DNA of 60,929 nucleotides, the filler included. It is 8 parts of 8 records of this genome, joined end to end, with 100 filler letters (N's around TTAATTAATTAA, not from the genome) between each part and the next. Parts side by side here need not be neighbours in the genome. Positions count along the whole stretch, not along the records: positions 1 to 11,320 come from SRR31156797_34871; positions 11,421 to 18,179 come from SRR31156797_34872; positions 18,280 to 23,291 come from SRR31156797_34873; 5 more parts are not named here. One strand, 5' to 3'. Both the position numbers and the translations under genes were made by a program. Of the stretch, positions 9,407-18,529 are shown piece by piece (position 1 is the first letter of the stretch; the number at the start of each line of letters is the position of its first letter). A model generated the notes under the pieces. The model was not told the origin of the DNA, ran no database searches, and was given only the letters and a program-made list of their open reading frames with translations.

Positions 9407-10924
9407 ATGACGTCAGGCATTGCATTTGACAACGAGAAATATATGAGGGAGCAGGCATCGGAAATCTTGGACCGGGTGAAGCGGTTTGACGACAAGCTCT
9501 ACCTCGAATTCGGCGGTAAGCTTTTGTACGACTATCATGCTTCCAGGGTTCTGCCGGGGTATGACCCCAACATCAAGATGCGGCTCCTTCAGGAGTTGAA
9601 AGACAAGGCCGATATTTTGCTCTGTATCTATGCGGGTGATATTGAAAGAAAAAAAATGCGGGCGGATTTTGGTATTACCTATGACTCGGATGCGTTGAAG
9701 TTGATTGATGATCTGAGGGAATGGGGGATCACCGTCCTGGGTGTGGTCATCACCCGTTTTGAAAACCAGCCGTCGGCGCGGCAGTTCAAAACCAAGCTGG
9801 AGCGGCGAAAAATCAAGGTCTACACCCACCGGTTTACCAAGGGATACCCCACGGATGTGGATCTTATCGTCAGTGATGAGGGTTATGGGGCCAATGAATA
9901 TATTGAAACGGAAAAACCGCTGGTGGTGGTTACGGGCCCCGGTCCCGGAAGCGGTAAATTGGCCACCTGCCTCTCCCAGGTGTATCATGACCATAAGCGG
10001 GGGATTCGGGCGGGGTATGCCAAATTCGAGACATTCCCCATCTGGAATCTGCCCCTGCGGCACCCGGTCAATGTGGCCTATGAGGCGGCCACCGCGGATA
10101 TCCGGGATTTCAATTTGATCGATCCCTTTCATCTGGAGGCCTACGACCAAAAGTCGGTTAACTACAACCGTGACGTGGAAGTTTTTCCCGTTCTCAAGAG
10201 AATCCTGAAGAAGATCAGGGGCGGCGAATCCTTTTACAAATCCCCCACGGACATGGGTGTCAATCGGGTCGGATTTGCCGTAACGGACGAAGGTATTACG
10301 AAGGAGGCGGCCAAACAGGAAACCATCCGGCGTTACTTCCGGTATCGATGCGAATACGCCATGGGGTTGACGGATTCGGGTACGGTCCAGAGGGTGGAAC
10401 TGCTTATCAAGGATTTCGGTCTTGAGCTTGATTACCGTAATGTGGTTGAGCCGGCGCGGGAGGCGTCCCTGGACGCCCAAAAGAGAGACAAGGGGAGTGA
10501 GGGGATTTATTGCGGGGCGGCCATCGCCCTCAAGGACGGCGCCATCGTCACCGGAAGCAATTCGCCCCGCCTTCATGCGGCGTCAAGTCTCATCCTTCAT
10601 GCCGCCAAATACCTGGCGGGAATTCCGGAGAAAATCAAGCTGCTGCCGCCCTTTATTATCGAATCGGTGCGGAATCTCAAGACCGAAGTCCTCAACGAAA
10701 AGACCCTCAGCCTGGACCTTCTGGAAACCCTCATCGCCCTCAGCATCAGCGCCGCCACGAACTCCGCGGCCCAAATCGCCGTGGAAAAACTCAATGAACT
10801 CCGGGGTTGCGAGGTCCATATGACCCACATGCCCACCCCCGGAGACGAAGCGGGTCTCAGGCGGCTCGGGGTCAACCTGACCAGTGATCCGAATTTTTCC
10901 ACCAAGGACCTGTTTGTCTGCTGA
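9407..10924 (+). CDS. DUF1846 (UPF0371) family P-loop protein
   Basis: KLYLEFGGKL..DYHASRVLPG, GPGSGKLATCLSQ, YAKFETFPIWN and SPTDMGVN motifs; GGGGAG RBS. Confidence 0.85.
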   Translation: MTSGIAFDNEKYMREQASEILDRVKRFDDKLYLEFGGKLLYDYHASRVLPGYDPNIKMRLLQELKDKADILLCIYAGDIERKKMRADFGITYDSDALKLIDDLREWGITVLGVVITRFENQPSARQFKTKLERRKIKVYTHRFTKGYPTDVDLIVSDEGYGANEYIETEKPLVVVTGPGPGSGKLATCLSQVYHDHKRGIRAGYAKFETFPIWNLPLRHPVNVAYEAATADIRDFNLIDPFHLEAYDQKSVNYNRDVEVFPVLKRILKKIRGGESFYKSPTDMGVNRVGFAVTDEGITKEAAKQETIRRYFRYRCEYAMGLTDSGTVQRVELLIKDFGLELDYRNVVEPAREASLDAQKRDKGSEGIYCGAAIALKDGAIVTGSNSPRLHAASSLILHAAKYLAGIPEKIKLLPPFIIESVRNLKTEVLNEKTLSLDLLETLIALSISAATNSAAQIAVEKLNELRGCEVHMTHMPTPGDEAGLRRLGVNLTSDPNFSTKDLFVC

Positions 10925-10967
10925 AAGACCATCTGTTCCCAAAAAGCGTCCAAGGCGGCACCTTACC

Positions 10968-11006
10968 AGAAAAAGGCAGAGGAAAAGCACCCCTGCCTTT
11001 TTTTCT
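10968..11006. terminator. Bidirectional intrinsic terminator between convergent genes
   Basis: AAAAAGGCAG...CTGCCTTTTTTT stem with an A-tract on one side and a T-tract on the other. Confidence 0.65.
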
Positions 11007-11027
11007 TATTGGCGACAGGGATCCGGA

Positions 11028-11320
11028 TCAAACGGATGCGATCTTCCGTCTGCGGATTGCAGCATACCCTATCCCTGTCAGGAGCAGCGTTAAGCCGATC
11101 AGGCCCCACTCGTTTAATGTGGGAATCGGGGGTGGTGTATAGGTGAGTTTTGCCACAAAGACATCATCAAAACCGGCGTTGGTTGCCTGGTACGGGTTTT
11201 GGGTGGGAAAATCGCTGGACCAGGTACGTCCTGCGACATATGCGCATCCGGATGCGTCTACTGCTATGCCGCCATCTGCGGAATCGACACCGCTTCCCCC
11301 CAGATAGGTGGAATAGGTAA
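11028..11320 (-). CDS. C-terminal fragment of an SBBP beta-propeller-repeat surface protein with IPTL-CTERM sorting signal (absent from ORF track)
   Basis: Manual translation: TYSTYLGGSGVDSADGGIAVDASGCAYVAGRTWSSDFPTQNPYQATNAGFDDVFVAKLTYTPPPIPTLNEWGLIGLTLLLTGIGYAAIRRRKIASV*. 5' end truncated by contig edge. Confidence 0.85.
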
Positions 11321-11420
11321 NNNNNNNNNNNNNNNNNNNNNNNNNNNNNNNNNNNNNNNNNNNNTTAATTAATTAANNNNNNNNNNNNNNNNNNNNNNNN
11401 NNNNNNNNNNNNNNNNNNNN
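11321..11420. other. Artificial contig linker (N-run with TTAATTAATTAA)
   Basis: 100-bp N spacer with six-frame stop 12-mer. Confidence 0.98.
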
Positions 11421-12655
11421 GCGGCCATGGCCTTGGCAATGGCAATGGCTTCCATGAATCCCAGCAGTGAGATAATCACGGCAAAGGGAAGCAGCTGCAA
11501 AAAGGAGGACAGGCTGATCTCCGGCAGACTCAGGCTGGGCAGGCCCTTGGGAATGCTGCCCACCACAGCCCCGCCCCCTGACATGACAATGGCGGCGGTA
11601 TCCAAAGGTTTGTTGCCGATTTTAATTCGGTATACCCGGTCATCTGCCCTGACTGTTTTGGAAGTCTCGCTCCCCTCTTTCAAAAACACAAGGGTCTCAC
11701 CGTTTTTGGCCGCAGAAAATTTATAATCCCGCAATTCGGTCCGGATCAGACTGGCCTCATGTTTCAGTGAATTAATCCGGGCGGTAAGTTCATTCACCTG
11801 GTAATCAAGGGAGAGCACCTCCGTCCGGGGGGCATGTTCAGACCGGGCCGATTCCAGGCCGGAGGTGGCCAGGGTTCGTTCATCGGCCAGACGTGAAATC
11901 TTGTCCAGGGTTATATTAAAGGACTGGACCTGGCCCTGGATCTCCCTGGACTGAATCCGGTCCGGAGTAACTTTGACATTATGCTCAAACCCCGTGGCCC
12001 AGGAAATCAGGGTGGCGATGACCACGGCCACCAGCACATAGGGAATCTTGGGGTTCAGCCGCTTGAGCCCGGCCATCACGGCAATGGAAGCCGCGCCCAT
12101 GGCCAGGGTGGGCCAATGGGTATAGTCAACGGCCGCCTCTATCACCCGGATAATGGTTTCATAATGGTGGGGGGCCTTGTCCACATAGACCCCGAACATC
12201 TTGGACAACTGGGAAGAGGCAATGATGATGGCTGCGGCATTGGTGAAGCCGTTGACCACCGGATGGGACAGAAAATTAACAATAAGGCCCAGGCGGAGCA
12301 CCCCCAGCAGGAACTGAAACATGCCCACGGTCAGGGCCAGCATGATGGAATAGGCAATAAAGGCCTCGCTCCCGGCTGAGGCCAGAGGTTCCAGGCAGGC
12401 GGCGGTCATCAGCGAGACAACGGCCACCGGCCCTGTTGCCAGCTGGCGGCTGGATCCGAAGAGACTGGCCACCATGGGGGGCAAAAAGGCCGCATAAAGG
12501 CCGTAATAGGCCGGAAGCCCGGCCAGCTGGGCATAGGCCATGGACTGGGGAATCAACACCAGGGCCACGGTCAGGCCGGCGAGAAAATCAATTCTGAACT
12601 TTGCCGAAGAATAATCTTTAAACCAGTGGAGAAACGGCAGGAATTTATAAAGCAT
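11421..12655 (-). CDS. SulP (SLC26) anion permease, 3'-truncated
   Basis: DFLAGLTVALVLIPQSMAYAQLAGLP..YGLY, FGSSRQLATGP and PVVNGF motifs; ATG at 12655. Confidence 0.9.
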
Positions 12656-12671
12656 CTGTCGTACCTTTCGA

Positions 12672-13253
12672 TTATTGAGTTTGAAGTATGCGTTTACATG
12701 CCAATACCATCTCGTTGAACAGGGCATTGGCATTATAAAGGTTATAGGTTTTAAACCGGACCACCCCGTCAACCATGGAAAAAATGATCAAGGCGGTTTT
12801 CCGGGCCGGGAGAAGGTCAATGGAGCCGTCTTTCTGACCCGATTCAATGGCCTCCTCATAAATATTGACCAGGCAGTCGTAAATGGCCTCCAGATGGCTA
12901 CGGCATTCGGGAAAGACCTCGGCCATCTGATAGGGGTAATACCGGTGAAGCAGAAGAAACTGATTTTCCATCTTTCCGGCCAGGTAAAGATGAAAGGAGA
13001 CAGCCTGTTCCATCATGTCCATTCCGGACTCAAACTGCTGTTTACCCATATAGTCCTCAAATTCATTGAGGATCATTTCACGGGTCTGGCCGAGCACGGC
13101 CAAAAACAATTTTTTCTTATTCTTAAAATGATAGAACACCGTACCCTCGGCCACACCGATCATTTTTGCCAGATCGGCCGTAGAGGTTTCCTTGAACCCG
13201 TTCTGGGAAAACAGCACCGTGGCTGCCTGTAATATGGTCTCTTTTTTATTCAT
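12672..13253 (-). CDS. TetR/AcrR family transcriptional regulator
   Basis: ILQAATVLFSQNGFKETSTADLAKMIGVAEGTVFYHFKNK HTH; ATG 13253 (alternative GTG 13259). Confidence 0.9.
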   Translation of the reverse strand: MNKKETILQAATVLFSQNGFKETSTADLAKMIGVAEGTVFYHFKNKKKLFLAVLGQTREMILNEFEDYMGKQQFESGMDMMEQAVSFHLYLAGKMENQFLLLHRYYPYQMAEVFPECRSHLEAIYDCLVNIYEEAIESGQKDGSIDLLPARKTALIIFSMVDGVVRFKTYNLYNANALFNEMVLACKRILQTQ

Positions 13254-13264
13254 ATTCACCTTTC

Positions 13265-13326
13265 TGAGTATCCACTCAAATAAACTGAGTAATTACTCAG
13301 TATCAAGATTAAAGATCAAAAGTCAA
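13265..13326 (-). promoter_or_regulatory. Putative tetR promoter (TTGACT-N16-GATACT) overlapped by two TGAGT-N4-ACTCA operators
   Basis: Perfect 18-bp palindrome ACTGAGTAATTACTCAGT (13284-13301), second core TGAGTATCCACTCA (13265-13278), and -35-like TTGACT at 13326-13321. Confidence 0.7.
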
Positions 13327-13669
13327 CCCTTTTTATGGGGGGCCCTCATTTTTGGCCAGCCATCAATGCCGGAATTGTCCATGATTTGATTTTTTAATCT
13401 TATTCCCCTGTTTTTTTGACAAAAAGAATGGTTTCTGGTAAAAAAATACCACGATTTTATCCGTAAGTTGAATCGGATAAAATCGTGGCACACCTTGAAT
13501 TTCCTGCCGGACAGCGGTCGGACTCAGGGGTTGAACACTATAAAGTTTAAGGAGTGGCACACACTTCAGACGATAATTGACATTATGGAATAAGCCGGTT
13601 TCATATCCCGACAATGAAACTGGTTTATTTGTTTAAAGCAGAAAAACGGGTTTAAAAAGGATCTCCCCC

Positions 13670-15025
13670 ATGAACAGCTCTCAGATAAAAGGATTCCAAA
13701 ATTCCCATATCCGGGCGGCCCTTACCGTCCTTGTCACATTCTTCCTCATTTCCTCAGGTCCGTCTCCCGCATGGGGTGCTGCCGGTAAAACCATCCTGCG
13801 CATCCACGGATCAAACACCATTGGCGCAAAACTGATGCCGGACCTGGCAAAACGATTCCTGAAAAAAAAGGGGTATCAGTTCATCACCCAAGACGAAGGT
13901 GCCAGGAAGCATGAATATTTTATTGTGGGTATAAAAGGGGATGATATCCATCGAATTGAAATCAATGCCCATGGCTCATCAACCGGTTTCAAAAGCCTTG
14001 AGGACGGGGGCTGTGATATTGCAATGGCCTCCCGAAGGATCAAAAATAAAGAGATTCAATCCCTTGAACCTCTCGGCGACATGACCGCCATTGACAACGA
14101 ACACATCCTTGCCATTGACGGTATTGCCGTCATCGTCAACCCGTCCAATAACCGATCCGAACTGGATAAAATCCAATTGAAAAAAATTTTCTCAGGAAAA
14201 ATCACCAATTGGAAACAGGTTGGCGGAAAAGATACGCCCATCAAGGTATACGCACGGAACGACCGGTCCGGGACCTATGACACCTTTAAAACAATGGTGT
14301 TGAATAAAACCCGGCTGATTGGCACGGCCAAACGGTATGCGTCCAACGAGGACCTGTCTTATGATGTATTCAAAGATCCCGGCGCCATCGGATTTGTGAG
14401 CATGCCCGGAGTTCTCAATTCAAAGGCCCTGACCATAAAAGAAGAAGCCGGCAGTGCCGGGGTCCGGGCCAATCATATAACGGTTGCCTGTGAAGATTAC
14501 CCCCTGTCCCGCAGGCTCTACCTTTATACGGCATCCATGGAAAACAGATGGGTAAAAGAATTCATCGGGTTTGCCCTGTCCAACGAAGGGCAGAACCGGG
14601 TCTCCATGCTGGGATTTTCAAAGCTTTCCATGGACATGGACGGATTTGAGGTCAATACATCCCGGTTCAGGGACAAGGAACAAAACCTAAGATACAAAAA
14701 CGAAACCCTGGGAGGGCGCCGGGTTAATTTTAATTTCCGCTTTACCCCCTCAGGCGGCCTGGAAAACAGGTCCAAAAAAGATCTGGACAGGCTCATCCAA
14801 TATATCCAGCATCCTGACCAGAAATACTATGAACTGGTTCTCATCGGTATCAACGGCTGCAAAAAAACCAATGGGGTGGGAAATCTTATCCTCAAGCGGA
14901 TCGGGACGGACCGCTTCTATGTGCCGCCCAGGATTATCTGCCTTGATGATGTGTTCACTCCGGGAGGAACCCCCTGGAAACCCGTCATTGAAGTCTGGCT
15001 CCGCACAGTGGATGACGGTGCCTGA
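13670..15025 (+). CDS. PstS-like phosphate-binding periplasmic protein with degenerate OmpA-like C-terminal region
   Basis: Signal peptide; LRIHGSNTIG, GSSTGF, DIAMASR, SGTYDTF and YPLSRRLYLY motifs. Confidence 0.8.
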   Translation: MNSSQIKGFQNSHIRAALTVLVTFFLISSGPSPAWGAAGKTILRIHGSNTIGAKLMPDLAKRFLKKKGYQFITQDEGARKHEYFIVGIKGDDIHRIEINAHGSSTGFKSLEDGGCDIAMASRRIKNKEIQSLEPLGDMTAIDNEHILAIDGIAVIVNPSNNRSELDKIQLKKIFSGKITNWKQVGGKDTPIKVYARNDRSGTYDTFKTMVLNKTRLIGTAKRYASNEDLSYDVFKDPGAIGFVSMPGVLNSKALTIKEEAGSAGVRANHITVACEDYPLSRRLYLYTASMENRWVKEFIGFALSNEGQNRVSMLGFSKLSMDMDGFEVNTSRFRDKEQNLRYKNETLGGRRVNFNFRFTPSGGLENRSKKDLDRLIQYIQHPDQKYYELVLIGINGCKKTNGVGNLILKRIGTDRFYVPPRIICLDDVFTPGGTPWKPVIEVWLRTVDDGA

Positions 15026-15069
15026 TTCCGGTCGCAGCACAGCCCCTTCAACGACAGGGAAAAGCCGTT

Positions 15070-17316
15070 TCAGTTCCCGGCCGCCATCAATCTGTTCACT
15101 GAATTAAAGACTTCAAACTGGGTACAGGGCTTGGCCAGATGGTCCACATGGGAATCTTTTTGTTTGAGATCCCCTATGGAGGCGATAAATTCAAGATTGC
15201 CTGAAATGAAAAGTATGGGAATACAAGGATTGGATATTCGGGTATGGGAATATACATCCATGCCGGATATCCCCCCGGGAAGGACATAGTCCAGACAGAT
15301 CATGTCATATGAAGATTCATCGATCAGGGCCATGGCGGTCCGCCCGTTTTCCGCAATATCGACCCGGTGCCGGCCCGGGCTCTTTGAAAGCAGATCGGAA
15401 TATATCTTGGAAATGGCCGGTTCATCTTCCACCAGAAGAATATGTTTCCCTTGGCAGATCTCTTCCCGGTGAAGGTCTTGGGCATCCTGCACAGCGGCCC
15501 CATGATTTATCATGGGCAAACAGATGGTTGTCCGGGTCCCCCGGCCTTCCTCGGACCGGACAGAGACAGTCCCTTTGTGCTGTTCCAGATACTTTTTCAC
15601 ATTGGCCATTCCATAGCCGGTCCCTTTAATTCCCTTTGCATAGACCCCGCGCCGGTCACGGCTCCCCTTCAGGGTAAATGAGGGATCAAATATGAGGTCC
15701 ATATATTTTCCGGGAATGCCGCAACCGTTGTCTTGAATTTCCACACTGACGGCATCCTCCCGGTACCGGGTCCGGATGATGATTTCAGGAAACTCAACCC
15801 GGCTGAGGGCATGAATCGAATTCTGCAGGATATTGACAAGGGCGTTTTCCACCATCCCGGGATCGGCTATGATATCCCTTGGTGGCAGGGCATATTCCCT
15901 GATGAGGCGAATATCCTCAAGATCCCGTTCCAACAGGCTGAGAACAAGATCTATTTTCTCGCCTACACAAAAACGGGCCTTCTTAAACTCCTGGTCTTTG
16001 GCAAAGGCGACCAGGTTTTTTGTCATTGTCCGTCCAAGAACGCTCTGCTCAAATATCTGGCCAAAGGCTTTTTTCGCATCAGGTTCAGCACTTTCAAGGC
16101 CGCTCAACTCGGAGATCCCCATGATAATGGTCAGGATATTATTAAAATCATGGGCCATTTTACCGGCAACCTGTCCGACCAGGGCAAGCTGCCGGGCTTC
16201 GGCAGCCTCACTGAGAGCCGCCATTTTTTCAGCCTGGGCCTTTTTGACTTCGGAAATATCCTCGGACACGCAGACAATATGCTCAAGGGCCCCGGAGGGC
16301 CTGAAAACGGCATCAAAGGCACCCCGGTAATGGCGAAGGTTTCCGGATTTATCCCTGAGTCTGTAATCGATGAAGGTTCTGGATATAATTCCCTGTTCAA
16401 GTTTTTTAAATTCCGGTTTCAGGGCCCGGACATCTTCCTCGGCCATCAGGGTAAATGAGGATTTCCCCACAAGCTCCCCGGGGCTGTACCCCAGCTGTCC
16501 GTGGGAATGGCCGGCATAGGTATAACGGGCGTGGTTATCGTGGATGGAGACCAGGGCGCTGGTATGCCCTGTGATCAGGTTAAAAAGGGTTTCGCTCTCC
16601 TTGAGCCGGTCGATGAGCCGGTCACGGTCCTCAACGGTTTTCTCATATTCGGCAATAAGATCCTTGGTTAAAAACCTCAGGCCCATGCGGTAGAGCCGGT
16701 TGAAAAAGCTGGGCACCTTCCAGTGAAACTCTATTTCACAATGGCTGTGGCCTTCCAGAACGCACTTCACTTCCCTGGCCTTGATCAGCCTGGCCCCGGC
16801 CAGCCTGGCAACCCCCATGTATATACCGATATTCCAATTGCAGACATCCTTGGTCACCCGGAACCCGGGTTTATAATGCAGCTCCAACCGGGCAAAATCC
16901 TTTCCAAGCCCGGAAATTTTCACCGTTTTTGTCCGGTTGAATTTGGCATTGACCCTGGCGACTTTTTTGGCAATGCCCGTGGGCCCGACAAGCCTGCTGA
17001 AAAACAGATCCCGCCTTGAAAGGGATTCAAGAACAACGGCCTTACCCGCCGTCCGTTCCGGATGGGGGCCGGGAACCACTGTCTTGATCATCGACAGCAA
17101 AGAAAGGGAAAACCCATTGGAAATCCAATAGGCCTCGTCGGTCAGATGGGCAATGGTAACCGGCTCAAGAACGGCGGGATCATTCTTATTGGCGATCAGG
17201 TAGGGTTTATCCCCCATGGCCCCCTGAACCATTTTCTCCAAAGCGGTTTTTCCGAAACGGTTTTCAATATACCCGAAAAGCCCTTTGAAATTCAAACAAC
17301 AGATATCTTTATCCAT
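15070..17316 (-). CDS. Hybrid histidine kinase (V4R-like N-terminus, PAS, HisKA, HATPase, receiver)
   Basis: MAHDFNNIL, NILQNS, DNGCGI, GTGYGM and receiver LLVEDE..LDYVLP. Start at MDKDICC; the ORF-track extension to 17808 overlaps the permease. Confidence 0.85.
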   Translation of the reverse strand: MDKDICCLNFKGLFGYIENRFGKTALEKMVQGAMGDKPYLIANKNDPAVLEPVTIAHLTDEAYWISNGFSLSLLSMIKTVVPGPHPERTAGKAVVLESLSRRDLFFSRLVGPTGIAKKVARVNAKFNRTKTVKISGLGKDFARLELHYKPGFRVTKDVCNWNIGIYMGVARLAGARLIKAREVKCVLEGHSHCEIEFHWKVPSFFNRLYRMGLRFLTKDLIAEYEKTVEDRDRLIDRLKESETLFNLITGHTSALVSIHDNHARYTYAGHSHGQLGYSPGELVGKSSFTLMAEEDVRALKPEFKKLEQGIISRTFIDYRLRDKSGNLRHYRGAFDAVFRPSGALEHIVCVSEDISEVKKAQAEKMAALSEAAEARQLALVGQVAGKMAHDFNNILTIIMGISELSGLESAEPDAKKAFGQIFEQSVLGRTMTKNLVAFAKDQEFKKARFCVGEKIDLVLSLLERDLEDIRLIREYALPPRDIIADPGMVENALVNILQNSIHALSRVEFPEIIIRTRYREDAVSVEIQDNGCGIPGKYMDLIFDPSFTLKGSRDRRGVYAKGIKGTGYGMANVKKYLEQHKGTVSVRSEEGRGTRTTICLPMINHGAAVQDAQDLHREEICQGKHILLVEDEPAISKIYSDLLSKSPGRHRVDIAENGRTAMALIDESSYDMICLDYVLPGGISGMDVYSHTRISNPCIPILFISGNLEFIASIGDLKQKDSHVDHLAKPCTQFEVFNSVNRLMAAGN

Positions 17317-17363
17317 GTCCCCTTTTCTCCTGTTCCGTCCTCTCAGGCCTGGGTTCCGGGCGC

Positions 17364-18179
17364 TTATTTTCTCAGCACCATCCCAATACCCAGAAAAATC
17401 AGGGTAATGACCATAAAGGGGATAAACATGGCCTTGTGGACCGCGCCCCAGATGATATAAACAGAACCGGCACCGGCAAGGGCAGGGGCAATAAAACGGC
17501 TTAAAACAGGCAGATCGGTGAAAGATTTCATCATCCAGCCGTAAAGGGAAATATAAATCACATATAAAAAGGCAATGGGCAGTTCCGAAATATCCATAAA
17601 CCCGCCCCACCATCCGGCAAAATTGCCGTACCAGACCACCATCCAGAGGCTGGACATCACAAAGCCCAGCACCGCAGAAGAGATGGAGGTATCGGTTTTT
17701 GGATTCACGGCGCTGAAAAGCCCTGATTTGGGCCCCATCCCCCGGCTGGCAATGGCATACATGCCTCGTGAGCAGCCCATGATGAGTCCGTTGAGGGTGC
17801 CAAGGCATGAAATGATGACGAAGACGGATAAAAGAGAGGCACTCAATTTCCCGAAAATCAGGGAAATTACCATTACAGGAGCCCCGTCACCAGCCTTGAG
17901 AACCTCGTCGTTGGACAGGACCCCGGCAATGCCGACGTAATACAGCATATAAACCGCAATCACCACCAGGGTGCCCACCACCAGAGCCCGGGGCAGGGTT
18001 TTCCTGGCATCCTTGAGCTCGGCATTGATGGAGGTGGCAATGATCCACCCCTCATAGGCAAAGGCCGTTGAAAGCGTGGCCACGGCCAGCCCGCCGGAAT
18101 CTGCCACAGCCGTGGCTCCCTGGGTAAAACTGTCGACAATCTGTCCTGAACTGACCCCTTTGATCATTCCGACGACGGC
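17364..18179 (-). CDS. APC family amino acid permease, 5'-truncated
   Basis: FAYEGW...INAELKD..KTLPRAL and ISCLGTLNG..SRGMY motifs; multiple TM helices. Confidence 0.85.
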   Translation of the reverse strand, partial: AVVGMIKGVSSGQIVDSFTQGATAVADSGGLAVATLSTAFAYEGWIIATSINAELKDARKTLPRALVVGTLVVIAVYMLYYVGIAGVLSNDEVLKAGDGAPVMVISLIFGKLSASLLSVFVIISCLGTLNGLIMGCSRGMYAIASRGMGPKSGLFSAVNPKTDTSISSAVLGFVMSSLWMVVWYGNFAGWWGGFMDISELPIAFLYVIYISLYGWMMKSFTDLPVLSRFIAPALAGAGSVYIIWGAVHKAMFIPFMVITLIFLGIGMVLRK

Positions 18180-18279
18180 NNNNNNNNNNNNNNNNNNNNN
18201 NNNNNNNNNNNNNNNNNNNNNNNTTAATTAATTAANNNNNNNNNNNNNNNNNNNNNNNNNNNNNNNNNNNNNNNNNNNN
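18180..18279. other. Artificial contig linker
   Basis: N-run with TTAATTAATTAA. Confidence 0.98.
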
Positions 18280-18476
18280 CGGATCACCTGGTTGACACGG
18301 CTCTCTATCTCCCGGAGTTCCTCATCCGTGGGCATCCGGTCAAACCGGTAGTCGCACTTGGACTTCTTCTTGTTGATATGGGCGCTGAAGCAGCGCTGGC
18401 AGCCGAACATCCTCACCATGGTCTGGTTCAGCAGGTGCTCTGCGGAGTGCATCCTTACGTCGGGGGGCGTGGTCAT
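18280..18476 (-). CDS. Small AlaX-like / tRNA synthetase editing-domain protein, 3'-truncated
   Basis: RMHSAEHLL (HxxxH zinc motif) and IESRVNQVI. Confidence 0.7.
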
Positions 18477-18529
18477 GACTTTTCCTCTTCTATCTCTGGT
18501 TCCGGATTCCCAATGGTTGACACTCAGGT

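Noticed and set aside
9413-10576. 387-aa minus-strand ORF
   Set aside because: Antisense shadow of the DUF1846 gene.
11365-11376. Recurring TTAATTAATTAA as a biological repeat or CRISPR
   Set aside because: Always embedded in N-runs; it is an assembly linker.
17317-17808. Apparent 164-aa N-terminal extension of the hybrid kinase
   Set aside because: It overlaps the APC permease in another frame; the real start is 17316 after an AGGAG/AGGGG RBS region.
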